From NCBI GenBank assembly GCA_963662265.2, contig CAXXHA010000010.1, positions 128,001 to 192,000 of the forward strand: a stretch of 64,000 nt of DNA, read 5' to 3'. The translations under genes were made by a program, and so were the position numbers. The stretch is from Spirochaetia bacterium (GTDB taxonomy: Bacteria; Spirochaetota; Spirochaetia; CADAEX01). This document shows positions 11,430 to 23,890 of the stretch, piece after piece. The notes beneath the pieces are model-generated. The model did not search any database. It was not told the origin of the DNA and saw nothing but the letters and a program-made list of their open reading frames with translations. Within the stretch, counting starts at the first letter, position 1, and each line of letters starts with the position of its first letter.

Positions 11430-11723
11430 ATGAAGATTGTAAAAACAGGAATGGCAGGAACACTTGAATCCAGCGATGTGATGATTACTGTCAGGAAAAA
11501 TCCCGGCAAAGGGAATGAGATACACCTTCAGAGCATTGTTGAAAAACAGTTTGGTAACCAGATCAGGAAAGTTGTCAAAGGCTTTCTTGAGAAATTTTCG
11601 GTGGAGGACGGACTTGTTCAGATCAATGACAGGGGTGCACTTGACTGTACTATTGAGGCGAGGCTTGCAGCAGCTGTATACCGTGCATCGGGAAAAACTG
11701 ATTATGACTGGGAGAATATATAA
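11430..11723 (+). CDS. citD: Citrate lyase acyl carrier protein (gamma subunit)
   Basis: AGTLESSD motif, DRGALDCTI. Confidence 0.95.
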   Translation: MKIVKTGMAGTLESSDVMITVRKNPGKGNEIHLQSIVEKQFGNQIRKVVKGFLEKFSVEDGLVQINDRGALDCTIEARLAAAVYRASGKTDYDWENI

Positions 11724-12625
11724 TGGCTAAACTTAGAAGAACCATGCTTTATGTTCCCGGTAATAATGCGGGAATGATTAAAGATGCCCATATCTACAGG
11801 TCTGATTCTGTAATGTTTGACCTTGAAGATGCGGTATCTGTCAATGAAAAAGACACTGCAAGATTTCTTGTTTACAAGGCATTGAAAACTCTTGATTACG
11901 GCGGAATCGAAACAGTAGTAAGAATAAATTCAATTGAAAGCGGTTTCGGGGAAGAAGATGTCAGGGCAATTGTAAGGGCAAAACCAAATGTAATAAGACT
12001 TCCTAAAACAGAGACTGCTGATGATATCCATGAAATTGAGTCACTCATAGAGAAGGAAGAGGAAAAATGCGGCTATAAGAAAGGGACAATAGGTCTCATG
12101 GCTGCAATTGAATCACCTCTGGGAGTTCTCAATGCCTATGCAATTGCCACATCAAGCAAAAGACTGATCGGCATTGCTCTGGGTGCTGAGGATTATGTCA
12201 CATGCATGAAGACAACAAGATCGCCGGAAGGGACAGAACTTCTTTTTGCAAGAAGCCAGATACTGAATGCGGCAAGGGCTGCAGGTATATATGCCCTTGA
12301 TACTGTCTATTCAGACCTCAACAACGAAGAGGGATTTGAAAAGGAAATCAGACATATCAAACAGCTCGGGTTTGACGGCAAATCAATTATTACCCCGCGT
12401 CAGATCGAACCTGTACACAGGATTTTCGCTCCTTCTGCAAAAGAAATTGAATATGCAAAGAAAACCATCAAGGGGATTAAAGAAGCGGAAAAGAAAAAAT
12501 CAGGAGTCATTGCTGTAGACGGCAAGATGGTTGATAAGCCTTTTGTAGAAAGAGCAGAGAGGATTCTCGAACTTGCAAAAGCATCAGGAGTCCTGAAAGA
12601 TTATAAGGAAGGGAAAAATGACTGA
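11723..12625 (+). CDS. citE: Citrate lyase beta subunit (citryl-ACP lyase)
   Basis: RRTMLYVPGN, FDLEDAV, GAEDY, GKMVDKP. Confidence 0.95.
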   Translation: MAKLRRTMLYVPGNNAGMIKDAHIYRSDSVMFDLEDAVSVNEKDTARFLVYKALKTLDYGGIETVVRINSIESGFGEEDVRAIVRAKPNVIRLPKTETADDIHEIESLIEKEEEKCGYKKGTIGLMAAIESPLGVLNAYAIATSSKRLIGIALGAEDYVTCMKTTRSPEGTELLFARSQILNAARAAGIYALDTVYSDLNNEEGFEKEIRHIKQLGFDGKSIITPRQIEPVHRIFAPSAKEIEYAKKTIKGIKEAEKKKSGVIAVDGKMVDKPFVERAERILELAKASGVLKDYKEGKND

Positions 12626-14156
12626 AAACGAACTGGGCAGAGTAATCCCTAAAAAAATTGATTATATAGGCGCGCTTAAACCTTTTGAAGGTGCTTATGC
12701 GCATACTCCCCTTGTAAAAAAGGAAAAGGGGAACAGGCAGCTTCCGAAACTCAACAAGCTTGTAAATTCAATCGAAGAGGTTGTTGTAAAATCCGGTCTT
12801 AAAAACGGAATGACAATTTCGTTCCACCACCATTTCAGAAACGGCGACAAGATCCTTCCAATGGTAATGGATGTCCTTACAGGAATGGGGTTCAAAGACC
12901 TTACAATAGCAGCCAGTTCGCTTACATCAGCCCATTCAGGTCTTGTTGAACATATTAAGAAAGGGACTGTAAAACGGCTTATTACATCAGGCATCAGGGG
13001 AAGGCTTGCCGAGGAAATTTCAAACGGCCTCATGGATATCCCTGTTCTGATCCATTCGCACGGAGGAAGAGCAAGAGGTATCGAAACAGGACAGATCAAG
13101 ATTGATGTGGCTTTCCTTGGAGTTCCGTCATGCGATGTTTACGGGAATGCAAACGGCTACACAGGGACTTCTGCCTGCGGTTCGCTGGGATACGCAAGGG
13201 TAGATGCCGCATACGCGGGAAAGGTAGTCCTTATTACAGATAATATTGTTGAATACCCGAATACACCATTCAGTATTCACCAGGACCAGGTCGACTCAAT
13301 CGTTGTTGTCGATGAAGTGGGTGACCCCGAAGGTATTTCAACAGGGGCTGTAAGAATTACAAAGAACCCCAGAGACCTCCTTCTTGCAGAACTTGTTTCA
13401 GAAGTTGTAATCAACTCGGGATATTTCGAAAACGGGTTTTCCATCCAGACCGGTTCGGGAGGCGCCTCTGTAGCCACTACCCGCTTTTTACGGCAGCACA
13501 TGGAAAACAGGAACATAAAGGCAAGCTGGGCACTGGGGGGAATATCAGGCCCCATGGTCAAGCTTCATGAAGAGGGATTCATAAACAGGCTCCTCGATGT
13601 ACAGAGTTTCGACACAGAGGCAATCAGATCAATCGGGGCAAACAGGTATCACTCCGAAATCGATGCTTCATACTATGCAAACCCCCTTAACAAGGGATGT
13701 GCAGTCAACAAGCTCAATGTTGTTATCCTAAGTGCGCTTGAAATTGATACAAATTTCAATGTCAATGTAATAACAGGTTCTGACGGCGTTATCAGGGGAG
13801 CATCAGGCGGACACTCGGATACTGCAATAGGATCAGGCCTTTCAATAATAGTTGCGCCTCTCATAAGAGGAAGAACCTCAACAGTAATAGATTCAGTCCA
13901 GACAGTTATTACCCCCGGCTCAACAGTCGATGTACTTGTAACTGACAGGGGAATTGCAGTCAATCCCAGGCGTGAGGAAATTAAAAGAAGGCTCAAAAAA
14001 GCTGATCTTCCTGTTTTCTCAATAGATGATCTTAAGGAAAAGGCTGAAAAAATTGTAGGAAGGCCTGATCCGATCAAGTTCACAAAGAAAATTGTCGGTC
14101 TTGTTGAATACAGGGACGGAACAATAATTGACGTAATAAGACAGGTTAAAAACTAG
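12618..14156 (+). CDS. citF: Citrate lyase alpha subunit (citrate:ACP transferase)
   Basis: ISFHHHFRNGD, HSHGGRARG, QTGSGGAS, GASGGHSD. Confidence 0.95.
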   Translation: MTENELGRVIPKKIDYIGALKPFEGAYAHTPLVKKEKGNRQLPKLNKLVNSIEEVVVKSGLKNGMTISFHHHFRNGDKILPMVMDVLTGMGFKDLTIAASSLTSAHSGLVEHIKKGTVKRLITSGIRGRLAEEISNGLMDIPVLIHSHGGRARGIETGQIKIDVAFLGVPSCDVYGNANGYTGTSACGSLGYARVDAAYAGKVVLITDNIVEYPNTPFSIHQDQVDSIVVVDEVGDPEGISTGAVRITKNPRDLLLAELVSEVVINSGYFENGFSIQTGSGGASVATTRFLRQHMENRNIKASWALGGISGPMVKLHEEGFINRLLDVQSFDTEAIRSIGANRYHSEIDASYYANPLNKGCAVNKLNVVILSALEIDTNFNVNVITGSDGVIRGASGGHSDTAIGSGLSIIVAPLIRGRTSTVIDSVQTVITPGSTVDVLVTDRGIAVNPRREEIKRRLKKADLPVFSIDDLKEKAEKIVGRPDPIKFTKKIVGLVEYRDGTIIDVIRQVKN

Positions 14157-14356
14157 TCTGAAGAAAACAAAATATTTTCAGCGCTGAACATGGACGGAAC
14201 AGACAACATCCGTCCACTGAACATCTGCTGATGATATAAAGTTCCCTGCTCTGCTGGAACAGTGCAGGGAACAGAGAAACAGCCATTGGAAAAGACTGTT
14301 TTCCAAAAGTATCTATTTCTGATTATTCAGAAAAAAAAAAAGGAGTAAAGATTAAA

Positions 14357-15358
14357 ATGAAGAAAATCACAGCAATCATTACAATCATGCTGATTTTATC
14401 AGCATCTGCAGTATTTGCAGGCGGCTCAAGTGAAAAGGGGGGTAAAGTTGTATACCCCAAAGGCAACTTTGACTTTGTAGCACCAGGCGGAGCCGGCGGC
14501 GGATGGGACCTTACAATAAGAACTACAGCAAAAGTTCTCAAAGACACAAAACTTGTAAAAGTTCCAATGCCTGTAAGAAACAATCCCGGAGCTGGCGGAT
14601 CTGTTCACCTTACAAGTCTTCAGGAAATGAAAGGCTCAGATAAAACTATAACAGTTTATTCACCGCCACTTATTCTCACAAACCTCAACGGTACTACTGA
14701 TTTAGGCTACAAAGATGTAACTCCTCTTGCACGGCTCATTGCTGACTATGCAGTATATGTTGTTGCGGCTGACTCTCCTTACAAAACAATGAAAGATGTA
14801 ATGGATTCGCTTAAAAAAGATATTAAAAGCGTAAAAATCGGCGGGGCCTCATCTGTTGGATCAATGGACCACCTTCAGTTCCTCATCATGGCCAAAGCTT
14901 CAGGAATCAAAAAACTTAAGGAAATCGACTATGTAAGTTTTGATGACTCAGGTTCTGCACAGGTTCTCGGCGGACACATCGACCTTTTCTCAACAGGTCT
15001 TTCAGAAGTTCAGGGTCTCATCGAATCAGGCGACCTCAGAGCTCTTGCACAGTCAGCAGACCACAGAGTTGGCGAGGGCATTGTAGGTGAAATCCCGACA
15101 TGTCAGGAACAGGGTATTGATGCAACATTTGTTAACTGGAGAGGAATTTTCGGACCTCCAGAAATGCCTGAATATGCTGTTTCATACTGGAGAGACATTT
15201 TCGCAAAAATGGTAAAGACAGATGAGTGGACAGCTGCAAAAAAGACAAACGGCTGGGACGATGCTTATCTTGACGGACCTGATTTCGGAACATTCCTTGA
15301 GCAGGTTAATGAAGATTACAAAGGTATTCTTTCAGAAATCGGAATGCTTAAAAACTAA
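14357..15358 (+). CDS. tctC: Tripartite tricarboxylate transporter substrate-binding protein
   Basis: APGGAGGGWDLTIR, NNPGAGG, NWRGIFGP. Confidence 0.9.
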   Translation: MKKITAIITIMLILSASAVFAGGSSEKGGKVVYPKGNFDFVAPGGAGGGWDLTIRTTAKVLKDTKLVKVPMPVRNNPGAGGSVHLTSLQEMKGSDKTITVYSPPLILTNLNGTTDLGYKDVTPLARLIADYAVYVVAADSPYKTMKDVMDSLKKDIKSVKIGGASSVGSMDHLQFLIMAKASGIKKLKEIDYVSFDDSGSAQVLGGHIDLFSTGLSEVQGLIESGDLRALAQSADHRVGEGIVGEIPTCQEQGIDATFVNWRGIFGPPEMPEYAVSYWRDIFAKMVKTDEWTAAKKTNGWDDAYLDGPDFGTFLEQVNEDYKGILSEIGMLKN

Positions 15359-15371
15359 TTAAAGCTATCCT

Positions 15372-15405
15372 CTGAATCCCGGAACAGGGATTCGGGGGGC
15401 TTTTT
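15372..15405 (+). terminator. Hairpin followed by a T-run between tctC and tctB
   Basis: CTGAATCCC-ggaaca-GGGATTCGG followed by TTTTT. Confidence 0.5.
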
Positions 15406-15406
15406 A

Positions 15407-15895
15407 ATGGAGATTAACGTGAGTATATCACTTATCACAGGTTTAATAACCTTTATTATCGGAACAAGCTACACTCTTGCAGCTGCATATCTGCCTGCAG
15501 CTTCAGTCGGAAGGGCCCACGAACCTAAGCTGTTTCCTCTCGGACTCGGAGCATTGATGATTATTTTAAGCATCTCCCTTATAGGACAGGAACTTATCAA
15601 AAAGGGGCAAAAAGAAAAAACAAACAAAGAAAAAGGTGTTTTCAAGTTTGATTCAAATATGAAGAATATTTTATTAACTGTCTTAAATGCACTTGTTTAT
15701 TCATTTCTCTTTGCAAAAGCAGGCTATGTTATATCAACGTTTATTTTTGTGGGATTTGAGCTGATACTCTTCAGCGGTGTAAAAAAATGGAAATCCTGCT
15801 CAATTATTGCTCTTTCATTCAGCCTTGTCATATATATATTATTCAGCAAGATGCTGGGAGTTTATCTGCCGGTAACTCCGTTCATCTGGATTTAG
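15407..15895 (+). CDS. tctB: Tripartite tricarboxylate transporter small membrane subunit
   Basis: 4-5 TM segments, PKLFP, C-terminal LGVYLP; lies between tctC and tctA. Confidence 0.85.
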   Translation: MEINVSISLITGLITFIIGTSYTLAAAYLPAASVGRAHEPKLFPLGLGALMIILSISLIGQELIKKGQKEKTNKEKGVFKFDSNMKNILLTVLNALVYSFLFAKAGYVISTFIFVGFELILFSGVKKWKSCSIIALSFSLVIYILFSKMLGVYLPVTPFIWI

Positions 15896-15904
15896 GAGGT
15901 AATT

Positions 15905-17413
15905 GTGGAAAGTTTATCACTTCTTTTACAGGGTTTCACAGTAGCGCTTGAGCCGATGAACATTATGTGGGTAACACTCGGCGGCGTGCTTGGAACAATA
16001 ATCGGGATGCTTCCCGGACTGGGACCTGCAACAGGTGTTGCAGTACTTCTTCCGCTCACATTTACAATGGGACCTGTTGCAGCCCTTATTACAATGGGCG
16101 GTGTTTATTACGGAGCAATGTTCGGAGGTTCCCGTGCATCAATTCTCATAAACACACCGGGCGACGGCGCAGCAGTAGCGGCAACCTTTGACGGATACCC
16201 GATGACTTTAAAGGGTAAAGCTGAAGCTGCTCTTGCAATATCTGCAATTGCATCTTTTATAGGCGGTATTCTTGCAACTATTATAATGGTATTTGTTTCA
16301 ATTCCAGTTGCAAGGTTTGCAATAAAATTCGGCCCTGCAGAATATTTCCAGCTTTTTGTCTTTGCTCTTGCAGCAACAGCATCAATGACTGAAGGAAACA
16401 GAATCAAGGGATTCATGTCAATGACTCTGGGGCTTATGATCGCGACTATAGGTATTGACGGGCAGTCGGGGGTAAAAAGATTTACTTTCGGAATACTAGA
16501 GCTCCAGTCAGGAATTGATTTCCTCGTTGTAATTATTGCAGTTTATGCTCTCGGCGAAGTATTCAAGAGTTTCAAGAATATTGCAGAGGGGAAAAAGACA
16601 GTACAGAAGAATTTCGGAAAGATATGGATTTCAATGAAAGAATGGAAAAGATCTGTATGGCCTATCCTTAGAAGTTCTCCTCTCGGGTTCTTTGTAGGAG
16701 CTCTCCCCGGAGCAGGAGGTACTATGGCCTCCCTCATGGCTTACAACAATGAAAAACAGATGTCAAACCACCCCGAGGAATTCGGCGAAGGGGCAATAGA
16801 AGGCGTTGCCGCACCTGAAGCTGCCAACAACGCAGCATCTGTAGGCGCAATGATTCCAATGCTTACCCTGGGTATTCCCGGGTCAGGAACTACAGCTGTA
16901 ATGATGGGAGCACTTCTCATGCTCGGACTTCAGCCTGGACCTCTTCTTTTCCAGCAGCAGTCAACTATTATCTGGGGACTTATCGCAAGTATGTTTATAG
17001 GAAACATCATACTCGCAGTAGTAAATATCCCGCTTGCAGGAGCGCTTGTACGAGTTCTTTCTGTACCTCCAAGAATTCTTTACCCGATAGTACTCGGTCT
17101 TTCCTTTGTAGGTGCATTTGCAATCAGCTACAGTGTCATGGATTTCTATCTCCTTATTCTATTCGGAGTAATGGGATTTGTAATGAGCAAGGTAAATATT
17201 CCTGCAACGCCTATGATACTGGCAGTAATAGTCGGAAACAATATGGAGCAGTCATTCAGACGTGCCTATAAAATAGCAGATGGAGAAATGGGTATTTTCT
17301 TTTCATCACCGATTTCCATAGTTCTTTTTATTCTTACAATAATTTCAATACTTTACCCGTTTATAAAATCATTTATTGTAAAAAACAAGGAAGCAAAAAA
17401 GTCGGCATCCTGA
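15905..17413 (+). CDS. tctA: Tripartite tricarboxylate transporter large membrane subunit
   Basis: [30 protein letters not shown]. Confidence 0.95.
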   Translation: MESLSLLLQGFTVALEPMNIMWVTLGGVLGTIIGMLPGLGPATGVAVLLPLTFTMGPVAALITMGGVYYGAMFGGSRASILINTPGDGAAVAATFDGYPMTLKGKAEAALAISAIASFIGGILATIIMVFVSIPVARFAIKFGPAEYFQLFVFALAATASMTEGNRIKGFMSMTLGLMIATIGIDGQSGVKRFTFGILELQSGIDFLVVIIAVYALGEVFKSFKNIAEGKKTVQKNFGKIWISMKEWKRSVWPILRSSPLGFFVGALPGAGGTMASLMAYNNEKQMSNHPEEFGEGAIEGVAAPEAANNAASVGAMIPMLTLGIPGSGTTAVMMGALLMLGLQPGPLLFQQQSTIIWGLIASMFIGNIILAVVNIPLAGALVRVLSVPPRILYPIVLGLSFVGAFAISYSVMDFYLLILFGVMGFVMSKVNIPATPMILAVIVGNNMEQSFRRAYKIADGEMGIFFSSPISIVLFILTIISILYPFIKSFIVKNKEAKKSAS

Positions 17414-17471
17414 TTTTAATGTGCAATAATTTTTCAGGATAATGTTTAAAAAAAAATCATATTAAAAGTAT

Positions 17472-17503
17472 ACGGGGATCAGTATGGTCCCCTTTTATTT
17501 TTT
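17472..17503 (+). terminator. Rho-independent terminator after tctA
   Basis: GGGGATCA-gta-TGGTCCCC followed by a T-rich tail. Confidence 0.55.
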
Positions 17504-17771
17504 AACAGGATAAAGGCTCTATAACAAAAACTGATAAATTATTCAGCATTTAAGCATTGTTACCAGTGTATTTTCTGAGTTACCTGAAAAACCAGTACTA
17601 TAGTCAGCCATTACAGAACCGGAGAATAATTAATTTTTCATTAAAAACTTATTTAGATCAAACAAAAGTATAACCAGATTATTTTAATAATTAAATATTT
17701 CATAGCAGCACAATTCTGTTGTAAACTTTTATTAATAAGCATTTTTCACCAGACAGGAGCATAACAGAGAG

Positions 17772-19421
17772 ATGAGAAAGGAAGTCACAACCAGGGATAT
17801 CTGCAGGGCAAGAGATATCAGAATGGAAAAAATCAGCAGTCATTTCGAAAACAGCGGACAGGGGGTTATCCTGTTTTTACTGAATATACCGGGAAGTATA
17901 AAAGATACTCCTCTTTACCGCAGGATTTTCAACACAGGTATAAGGCTTCTCAAACATAATTTCAATAAAAATAATATCAGATTCTCTGTAAGTGAAATAA
18001 GTATGCCGGAATCCGGGACAGGACCCGAGGCATACATATCGGTTTCAGAAGATGATCTTCTGTCTGTAAAAAAAATAACTGCGGAAATAGAAAACAGCCA
18101 CCCGCTGGGAAGAATCTTTGATATTGATCTTTTTGACAGGAATCTTGAACAGGTGAAATCAGGAAGGGAAATGAGAAAATGTTTTATCTGCGACAGTCCT
18201 GCATTTGAATGCGCGAGAAGCAGAAGACATTCCCTTGCCGAAATTACAGATCATATAAATAAAGAAGCAGAAAAATATTTTGATTCCCTTTGCTGGAAAA
18301 CTGCATCTAATGCAGCAAGGGCAATGATGAGTGAAGTTCTTGTTACGCCAAAACCCGGACTTGTCGACAGGCTTAACTCAGGTGCTCACACTGACATGGA
18401 TATATTCACATTTACAGACAGCACAACCGCTCTTGTAAAAACATTTTACGATATGGCATCAACTGCCTGCAGCTTCGGAAGCTGCGGAGAAATAAGTCCT
18501 GAACATAATTCTCACTCCGGAACTGATTCTTCAGTTTTAAAAGAAGAGACTGAAGGCCGCAAAGATGCGGCGGGAAAAAACACAGCCGGAGCAGAAGAAA
18601 GCACAGAAGGTAAACAGGGAAATTCATGTCCAGAAGATTCTGAAAAAGAGCTTCACCGTCTTCTTGAACCCCTGAGAAAGATCGGCATTGAAGGAGAAAA
18701 GGAAATGTTCAGGATAACAAAAGGTGTGAATACGCAGAAGGGGCTGATCTTTTCAATAGGAATACTTGCGGGTGCTGCAGGATATCTTGTTTCAGAGAGC
18801 AGGGATGAGATAACTCCTGAACTGCTTTGCCTTACAGGCAAAAAAATTGTAAAGGGAATTACTGAAAAGGATTTTAAACAGGTAAAAGAATCATCCTGTC
18901 TGAATTCAGATAATCCAGGATCTCCCGAAACAATTACAGACAATCTCAAGCAATCAGCAGATTCTGCAAAATCAAAGCAGGTTTCAAACAGACTGAATAA
19001 AGAAATAACCACAGGGGAAAGACTTTACTTAAAGTATGGGATTAAAGGGGCAAGAGGAGAAGCAGAAGGGGGATTTAAGTCTTCTCTCAGGGCGCTTTCA
19101 ATTCTCAAGGAACATCTGGAAGATGAGTGGGATTTCAACCTTTCCCTCGCAGACACGCTTATCCATATTATTGCGGAAACTGAAGATACAAATATTCCGG
19201 GAAGAAACTCCATAGAAACTCTTTCATACACAGAAAACAAATGCAGGGAATTTATTAAAGAGGGTGGAGTAATACGGGATAACGGGATAGAGGAGCTTGA
19301 AAAACTTGATAAAGATTTTATTGAGAAGAATATAAGCCCGGGAGGAAGCGCTGACATACTTGCAACAATGCTTTTCCTGTTTTTCATGGAAAAGGATGTG
19401 TTTTCAGCAAGTACTGCTTAG
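17772..19421 (+). CDS. citXG: Fused CitX (holo-ACP synthase) and CitG (triphosphoribosyl-dephospho-CoA synthase)
   Basis: N-terminal NIPGSIK, HPLGRIFDID, CFIC..CARSRRH; C-terminal TPKPGLVD, GVNTQKG, SPGGSAD. Confidence 0.9.
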   Translation: MRKEVTTRDICRARDIRMEKISSHFENSGQGVILFLLNIPGSIKDTPLYRRIFNTGIRLLKHNFNKNNIRFSVSEISMPESGTGPEAYISVSEDDLLSVKKITAEIENSHPLGRIFDIDLFDRNLEQVKSGREMRKCFICDSPAFECARSRRHSLAEITDHINKEAEKYFDSLCWKTASNAARAMMSEVLVTPKPGLVDRLNSGAHTDMDIFTFTDSTTALVKTFYDMASTACSFGSCGEISPEHNSHSGTDSSVLKEETEGRKDAAGKNTAGAEESTEGKQGNSCPEDSEKELHRLLEPLRKIGIEGEKEMFRITKGVNTQKGLIFSIGILAGAAGYLVSESRDEITPELLCLTGKKIVKGITEKDFKQVKESSCLNSDNPGSPETITDNLKQSADSAKSKQVSNRLNKEITTGERLYLKYGIKGARGEAEGGFKSSLRALSILKEHLEDEWDFNLSLADTLIHIIAETEDTNIPGRNSIETLSYTENKCREFIKEGGVIRDNGIEELEKLDKDFIEKNISPGGSADILATMLFLFFMEKDVFSASTA

Positions 19422-19435
19422 TATTTTACATAGCC

Positions 19436-20335
19436 TTACTGCTTGCTGTACCCCTTGGCCCAGGCAAACATGATATTTATAAAATTCTTTAAATTATCTG
19501 AAAAATATTTGTCCACGTGATAAATCATATAGAATTTTCGGCTCAAATCAGCATCATCAATATGGAGCGCGGCAAGATCTCCCGACTGGACCTCTTTCTC
19601 AACTACTTTTTTGGAAATAACAGCATATCCTGCACCCTGCATAACCATGTTTTTTACAGCTTCAGTATCAGAGAGTGTACAGACTGTCTTGAATTTAATT
19701 TTATTACGCTTTGTAAACTGCTCAACAGTATCCATTGTACCGCTTCCCTTTTCAAAAAGAATCATCGGAAGGCGGTCAAGTTCTGAAGGGTCAACCTTGC
19801 TCTGGCCTGCAAGTTCTGAATTGGGGGAAGAAATCAGCACAAAATTTTCATTGAATATTTCCCGTGAAATTATCTTGGGATTCTTAACCTTATGAGAAAC
19901 AATCCCGAAATCATTTTCCATTCTTATCGTAGTGTTTACAACATTCTCATTCGGCATCGCGAAAACAGAGACCTTGATATCGGGAAACTGGTTCAGGAAT
20001 TCCGGCATAAAATCGGGAAGATAATATGAACTGAAACTGTTTATGGTATTTATTACAACTTTTCCTCTTTTCTGCCTCTTATAGTCACGAATGCTTTCTT
20101 CAATTCTGGCTTCTGTCTCAAAAATATCTACAGCCAGATTGTAAATCATTACACCGGCATCAGTCAGAACAAATCTCTTTCCGGTTTTGTTGATAAGGGT
20201 GAGACCTGTTTTTTCCTGCAGGTCCTGCACCTGCCTTGTGACTGAAGGCTGGGTAATATCAAGGTGGCCTGCAGCTTTTGTAAAGCTGCTGAATTTTGCG
20301 GTGTAATAAAAGGACTTTAAATTATCAAGGTTCAT
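19436..20335 (-). CDS. LysR family transcriptional regulator
   Basis: SFTKAAGHLDITQPSVTRQVQDL HTH. Confidence 0.95.
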   Translation of the reverse strand: MNLDNLKSFYYTAKFSSFTKAAGHLDITQPSVTRQVQDLQEKTGLTLINKTGKRFVLTDAGVMIYNLAVDIFETEARIEESIRDYKRQKRGKVVINTINSFSSYYLPDFMPEFLNQFPDIKVSVFAMPNENVVNTTIRMENDFGIVSHKVKNPKIISREIFNENFVLISSPNSELAGQSKVDPSELDRLPMILFEKGSGTMDTVEQFTKRNKIKFKTVCTLSDTEAVKNMVMQGAGYAVISKKVVEKEVQSGDLAALHIDDADLSRKFYMIYHVDKYFSDNLKNFINIMFAWAKGYSKQ

Positions 20336-20862
20336 AGTAATATCTCTTAGTTAAATTATATTAAAGAAAAACATACAACAATGTATGCGTCCCATGCAAT
20401 ATTATACAGTAAAAAAACTGTTTTCACAGTCAAAAGAATTTGCAGACTCAGCTTTTAAGGTAAAAATCACTTCCTGAATAATAAGATCTGCAAAAAATTA
20501 TCAGATGGAAACCTGCATTTAAATCTTATTTCATGATTTTTCCGGAAAAAAAACTGATAAACCGAAGCAGGTCAGCAAACTGCCGGCAATAAAAAATCCT
20601 GATAACTGAGTAACAAAGGGCGTATCAGCTATCAGGATTAAATCAGGTTTTCATGCTGTTTAATATTCATTATTCAGCATAACGTCCGGGAAAAGGACCG
20701 TGGTAAGTTTTCTTATCCAGATCCCGGTCGTGAAAATCAATAATCCCGCCACAGGCAGTATGACTCCCGGACTGCTCCGGATTATGCCAGGCTGCAATGG
20801 ATGGATTATATGGCAAGTGTGCAGCCACCCGCCATTAGAACAACTCTACGCACCCGAAGGCA

Positions 20863-22011
20863 CTAGGCAAGCACAGGGATAATAGCCAGCAGAATTCCGG
20901 CAGCAACAGCTGACCCGATAACACCGCTCACATTAGGCCCCATAGCATGCATGAGGAGAAAGTTTTCAGGATTTGCCTCCTGACCGACTTTATTTACTAT
21001 TCTGGCTGACATAGGCACAGCAGAAACTCCGGCAGCCCCGATAAGCGGGTTGATCGGATCTTTTCTGAACTTATTCATCAATTTGGCAAGGAGAATTCCA
21101 GATGCAGTACCGATTGCAAAAGCAACTAATCCGAGGAGGAGTATTGCAAGAGTTTCAGGATTCAAGAATTTATCAGCCTGAAGCTTTGATCCCACGGCAA
21201 GACCAAGCATTATAGTAATAATATTAATGAGTTCATTTTTAGCAGTGTTTGCAAGTCTGTCAGTTACACCGCTTTCCTTGAGAATATTTCCAAACATCAG
21301 ACATCCAACCAGAGGGGTTGCTGTCGGAAGAAAAAGTATTGTCACTGTAAGAACAACAAGGGGAAAAAGAATTTTTTCTCTTCTTGAAACTTCCCTCAGC
21401 TGGACCATCTTGATCTTTCTTTCCTCTTCTGTTGTAAAAAGCTTCATTATAGGGGGCTGTATAATAGGCACAAGAGCCATATATGAATACGCGGCTACCG
21501 CAATCGCCCCCAGGTAGCGTTCCGAGAATTGGCTGGCAAGAAAGATCGCTGTCGGCCCGTCCGCCCCACCGATAATACCTATCGATGCTGCATCGAAGAG
21601 GTTGAAGTCAATAAACGGGAGTTTTGAAAGAAAAATAGCCCCGAATATTGTGAAGAAAATGCCGAACTGGGCAGCAGCTCCGAGAATAAACATTGTCGGA
21701 TTTGCAATCAGCGGACCGAAGTCAGTCATTGCCCCTACACCCATGAATATGAAGAGGGGAAACATTCCGGTTTCAATACCGAATGAATATATCTGACCGA
21801 TAAAACCGTCAGGCCCTGCAATACCGGCTATTGGTATGTTTGCAAGAAGGCCTCCGAAACCTATGGGGAGAAGAAGAAGCGGTTCAAAATTCTTTACAAT
21901 AGCAAGAAAAAGCAGCAGCAGACTGATTGCAATCATAGTTATTGTCTTGATATCGAAATTATAAATTCCGCTGGAAGCCCAGAAATTACTTAATGCTTCT
22001 AAAAATTCCAT
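20863..22011 (-). CDS. oadB: Na+-translocating decarboxylase beta subunit
   Basis: [35 protein letters not shown]. Confidence 0.95.
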   Translation of the reverse strand: MEFLEALSNFWASSGIYNFDIKTITMIAISLLLLFLAIVKNFEPLLLLPIGFGGLLANIPIAGIAGPDGFIGQIYSFGIETGMFPLFIFMGVGAMTDFGPLIANPTMFILGAAAQFGIFFTIFGAIFLSKLPFIDFNLFDAASIGIIGGADGPTAIFLASQFSERYLGAIAVAAYSYMALVPIIQPPIMKLFTTEEERKIKMVQLREVSRREKILFPLVVLTVTILFLPTATPLVGCLMFGNILKESGVTDRLANTAKNELINIITIMLGLAVGSKLQADKFLNPETLAILLLGLVAFAIGTASGILLAKLMNKFRKDPINPLIGAAGVSAVPMSARIVNKVGQEANPENFLLMHAMGPNVSGVIGSAVAAGILLAIIPVLA

Positions 22012-22015
22012 AAAA

Positions 22016-23890
22016 TTAAGCCTCTATAACCATCAAAGGATCTCCGGTTTTTACCTGATCACCGGTTCTTACATTTATATTTATAACTTCACCAGAATGA
22101 TATGTTTTAACTTCAACTTCCATCTTCATGCTGTCAAGAATCATTACAACATCGCCTTCAGATACTTCATCACCCTCTTTGACCTTCATATTAAATACAG
22201 ATCCCGGAAGGGGGGATCTCAGTACTCCGTCGAAATCATCTGATGAGGAGGAAGATTTTTCTGCTTTTTTCTCTTCTTTGGCTTTCTTCTTCTGATCCTT
22301 CCTTTCCTGTTTTTCAGCTTTCTTGATTGCCTTGATATCTACATCAATAAGCTCATCATTTACAATAGCTTTCTGGCCATCCATCTTAATCCTGTACTCG
22401 GTTCCGTTGACATTTACAACATACTCGTTGCTTCCCTTGTCTTCAGGCTGAACCTCTTCTGCCGCGCTGCCAGCGGCAGGGATGCCGACCACTTTGAAAA
22501 CCTTTTCCTCACCTTTACCGTTTAGAAAATTAACACCTTTTTCGCCGCATACTGCCGCTATAAATAAATTTTCATCTGTTTCTTCAAGGTTTTCGCTGCG
22601 GAGCATCTCCATGGCAGAAGATATTCCCTTGTTTTTGTCTTTATCGTTAAACTCGAGTACAGAACCTGTAAATTCCTCAAGATTGAGTTTTTCCTTTGCA
22701 ATCCCGATGATTTCAGGATCAGGACTTACAGGAGTCTTTCCGAAATATCCCAGAATCATCTTGCCGTAACCGTCTGCAATCCTTGTCCATGGTCCGAAAA
22801 ACTCATTATTAAAAGCCTGCTGAAAATAAAACTGGGAAACAGGAGTTACACTTGTTCCTCCCCCCCCGCAGGCAATAACTTCATTCATCCTGTCCATTAC
22901 TTTTGTATATCTTTCCTCTTCAATACCCATGTCTCTCATCATATTGGTATTTGCAGTAAGAGCGCCACCAGGCATTGCAGAAGAGATAATATCCGGATCA
23001 GTTTTTCTGGCCTCTACAGGGAATACATAGTCTGAGAGAGCCTTTTTAAGAGCACTTTCAGCTTTTCTCACCTTTGCAAGATCAATATCGAGATAATAAT
23101 CTGTACCTTTGAGAATGTGGGCCATTGAAAGGACATCAGGCTGAGCAGTACCACCTGAAACAGGGGCAATTGAAAGGTCAACCTGGTCAGCACCAGCTTC
23201 AACAGCTGCCATATAGGCTGAAAGGCAGGTACCTGCCGAACTGTGGCTGTGATATATAATCTTCTTGTCATCACCGACAAGTTTTCTTGCCTCTTTGATA
23301 GTCTCATGAACTGTTTTAGGTGTTGAAGTACCTGCAGCATCCTTGAAACAGATAGATGTAAAAGGAATATCCTCTTTTAGAATTGACTTGAGTATTTCTG
23401 TGTAGAATTCCTTGTCATGAAGACCTTTAACAGGATCAGGAATATCCATCATTGTAATTGTTACTTCATGATTAAGACCGGCACCGCTGATACACTTACC
23501 GGAATAGATAAGATTGTTGACATCATTCAATGCATCGAAATTTCTGATTGTTGTTATACCGTGTTTTTTGAAAAGTTTGGCATGAAGGTCAATCACATCA
23601 GATGACTGAGACTCAAGCCCAATAACATTGATACCTCTTGAGAGGGTCTGAAGATTTACATCAGGTCCCGCTATCTCACGGTATTTATCCATGATTTCGA
23701 AAGGATTCTCGTTACAGTAGAAAATTAAAGACTGAAACTGAGCTCCTCCCCCAACTTCAAAATGTCTGAATCCTGCTTCACACGCTGCTTCAAAAGCCGG
23801 CAGAATGTCAGCCCCTTTTACCCTGCTTCCGAAATAGGACTGAAATCCGTCGCGGAAGGCAGTCACCATAAAATCAATCTTTTTTTTCAT
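22016..23890 (-). CDS. oadA: Oxaloacetate decarboxylase alpha subunit (carboxyltransferase plus biotinyl domain)
   Basis: [25 protein letters not shown], biotin site DSMKME. Confidence 0.9.
   Translation of the reverse strand: MKKKIDFMVTAFRDGFQSYFGSRVKGADILPAFEAACEAGFRHFEVGGGAQFQSLIFYCNENPFEIMDKYREIAGPDVNLQTLSRGINVIGLESQSSDVIDLHAKLFKKHGITTIRNFDALNDVNNLIYSGKCISGAGLNHEVTITMMDIPDPVKGLHDKEFYTEILKSILKEDIPFTSICFKDAAGTSTPKTVHETIKEARKLVGDDKKIIYHSHSSAGTCLSAYMAAVEAGADQVDLSIAPVSGGTAQPDVLSMAHILKGTDYYLDIDLAKVRKAESALKKALSDYVFPVEARKTDPDIISSAMPGGALTANTNMMRDMGIEEERYTKVMDRMNEVIACGGGGTSVTPVSQFYFQQAFNNEFFGPWTRIADGYGKMILGYFGKTPVSPDPEIIGIAKEKLNLEEFTGSVLEFNDKDKNKGISSAMEMLRSENLEETDENLFIAAVCGEKGVNFLNGKGEEKVFKVVGIPAAGSAAEEVQPEDKGSNEYVVNVNGTEYRIKMDGQKAIVNDELIDVDIKAIKKAEKQERKDQKKKAKEEKKAEKSSSSSDDFDGVLRSPLPGSVFNMKVKEGDEVSEGDVVMILDSMKMEVEVKTYHSGEVININVRTGDQVKTGDPLMVIEA

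Noticed and set aside
20340-20860. Long intergenic region with hairpins and a 60-aa ORF between lysR and oadB
   Set aside because: No recognisable RNA family or protein motif; the hairpin near 20595-20640 is plausibly a terminator.
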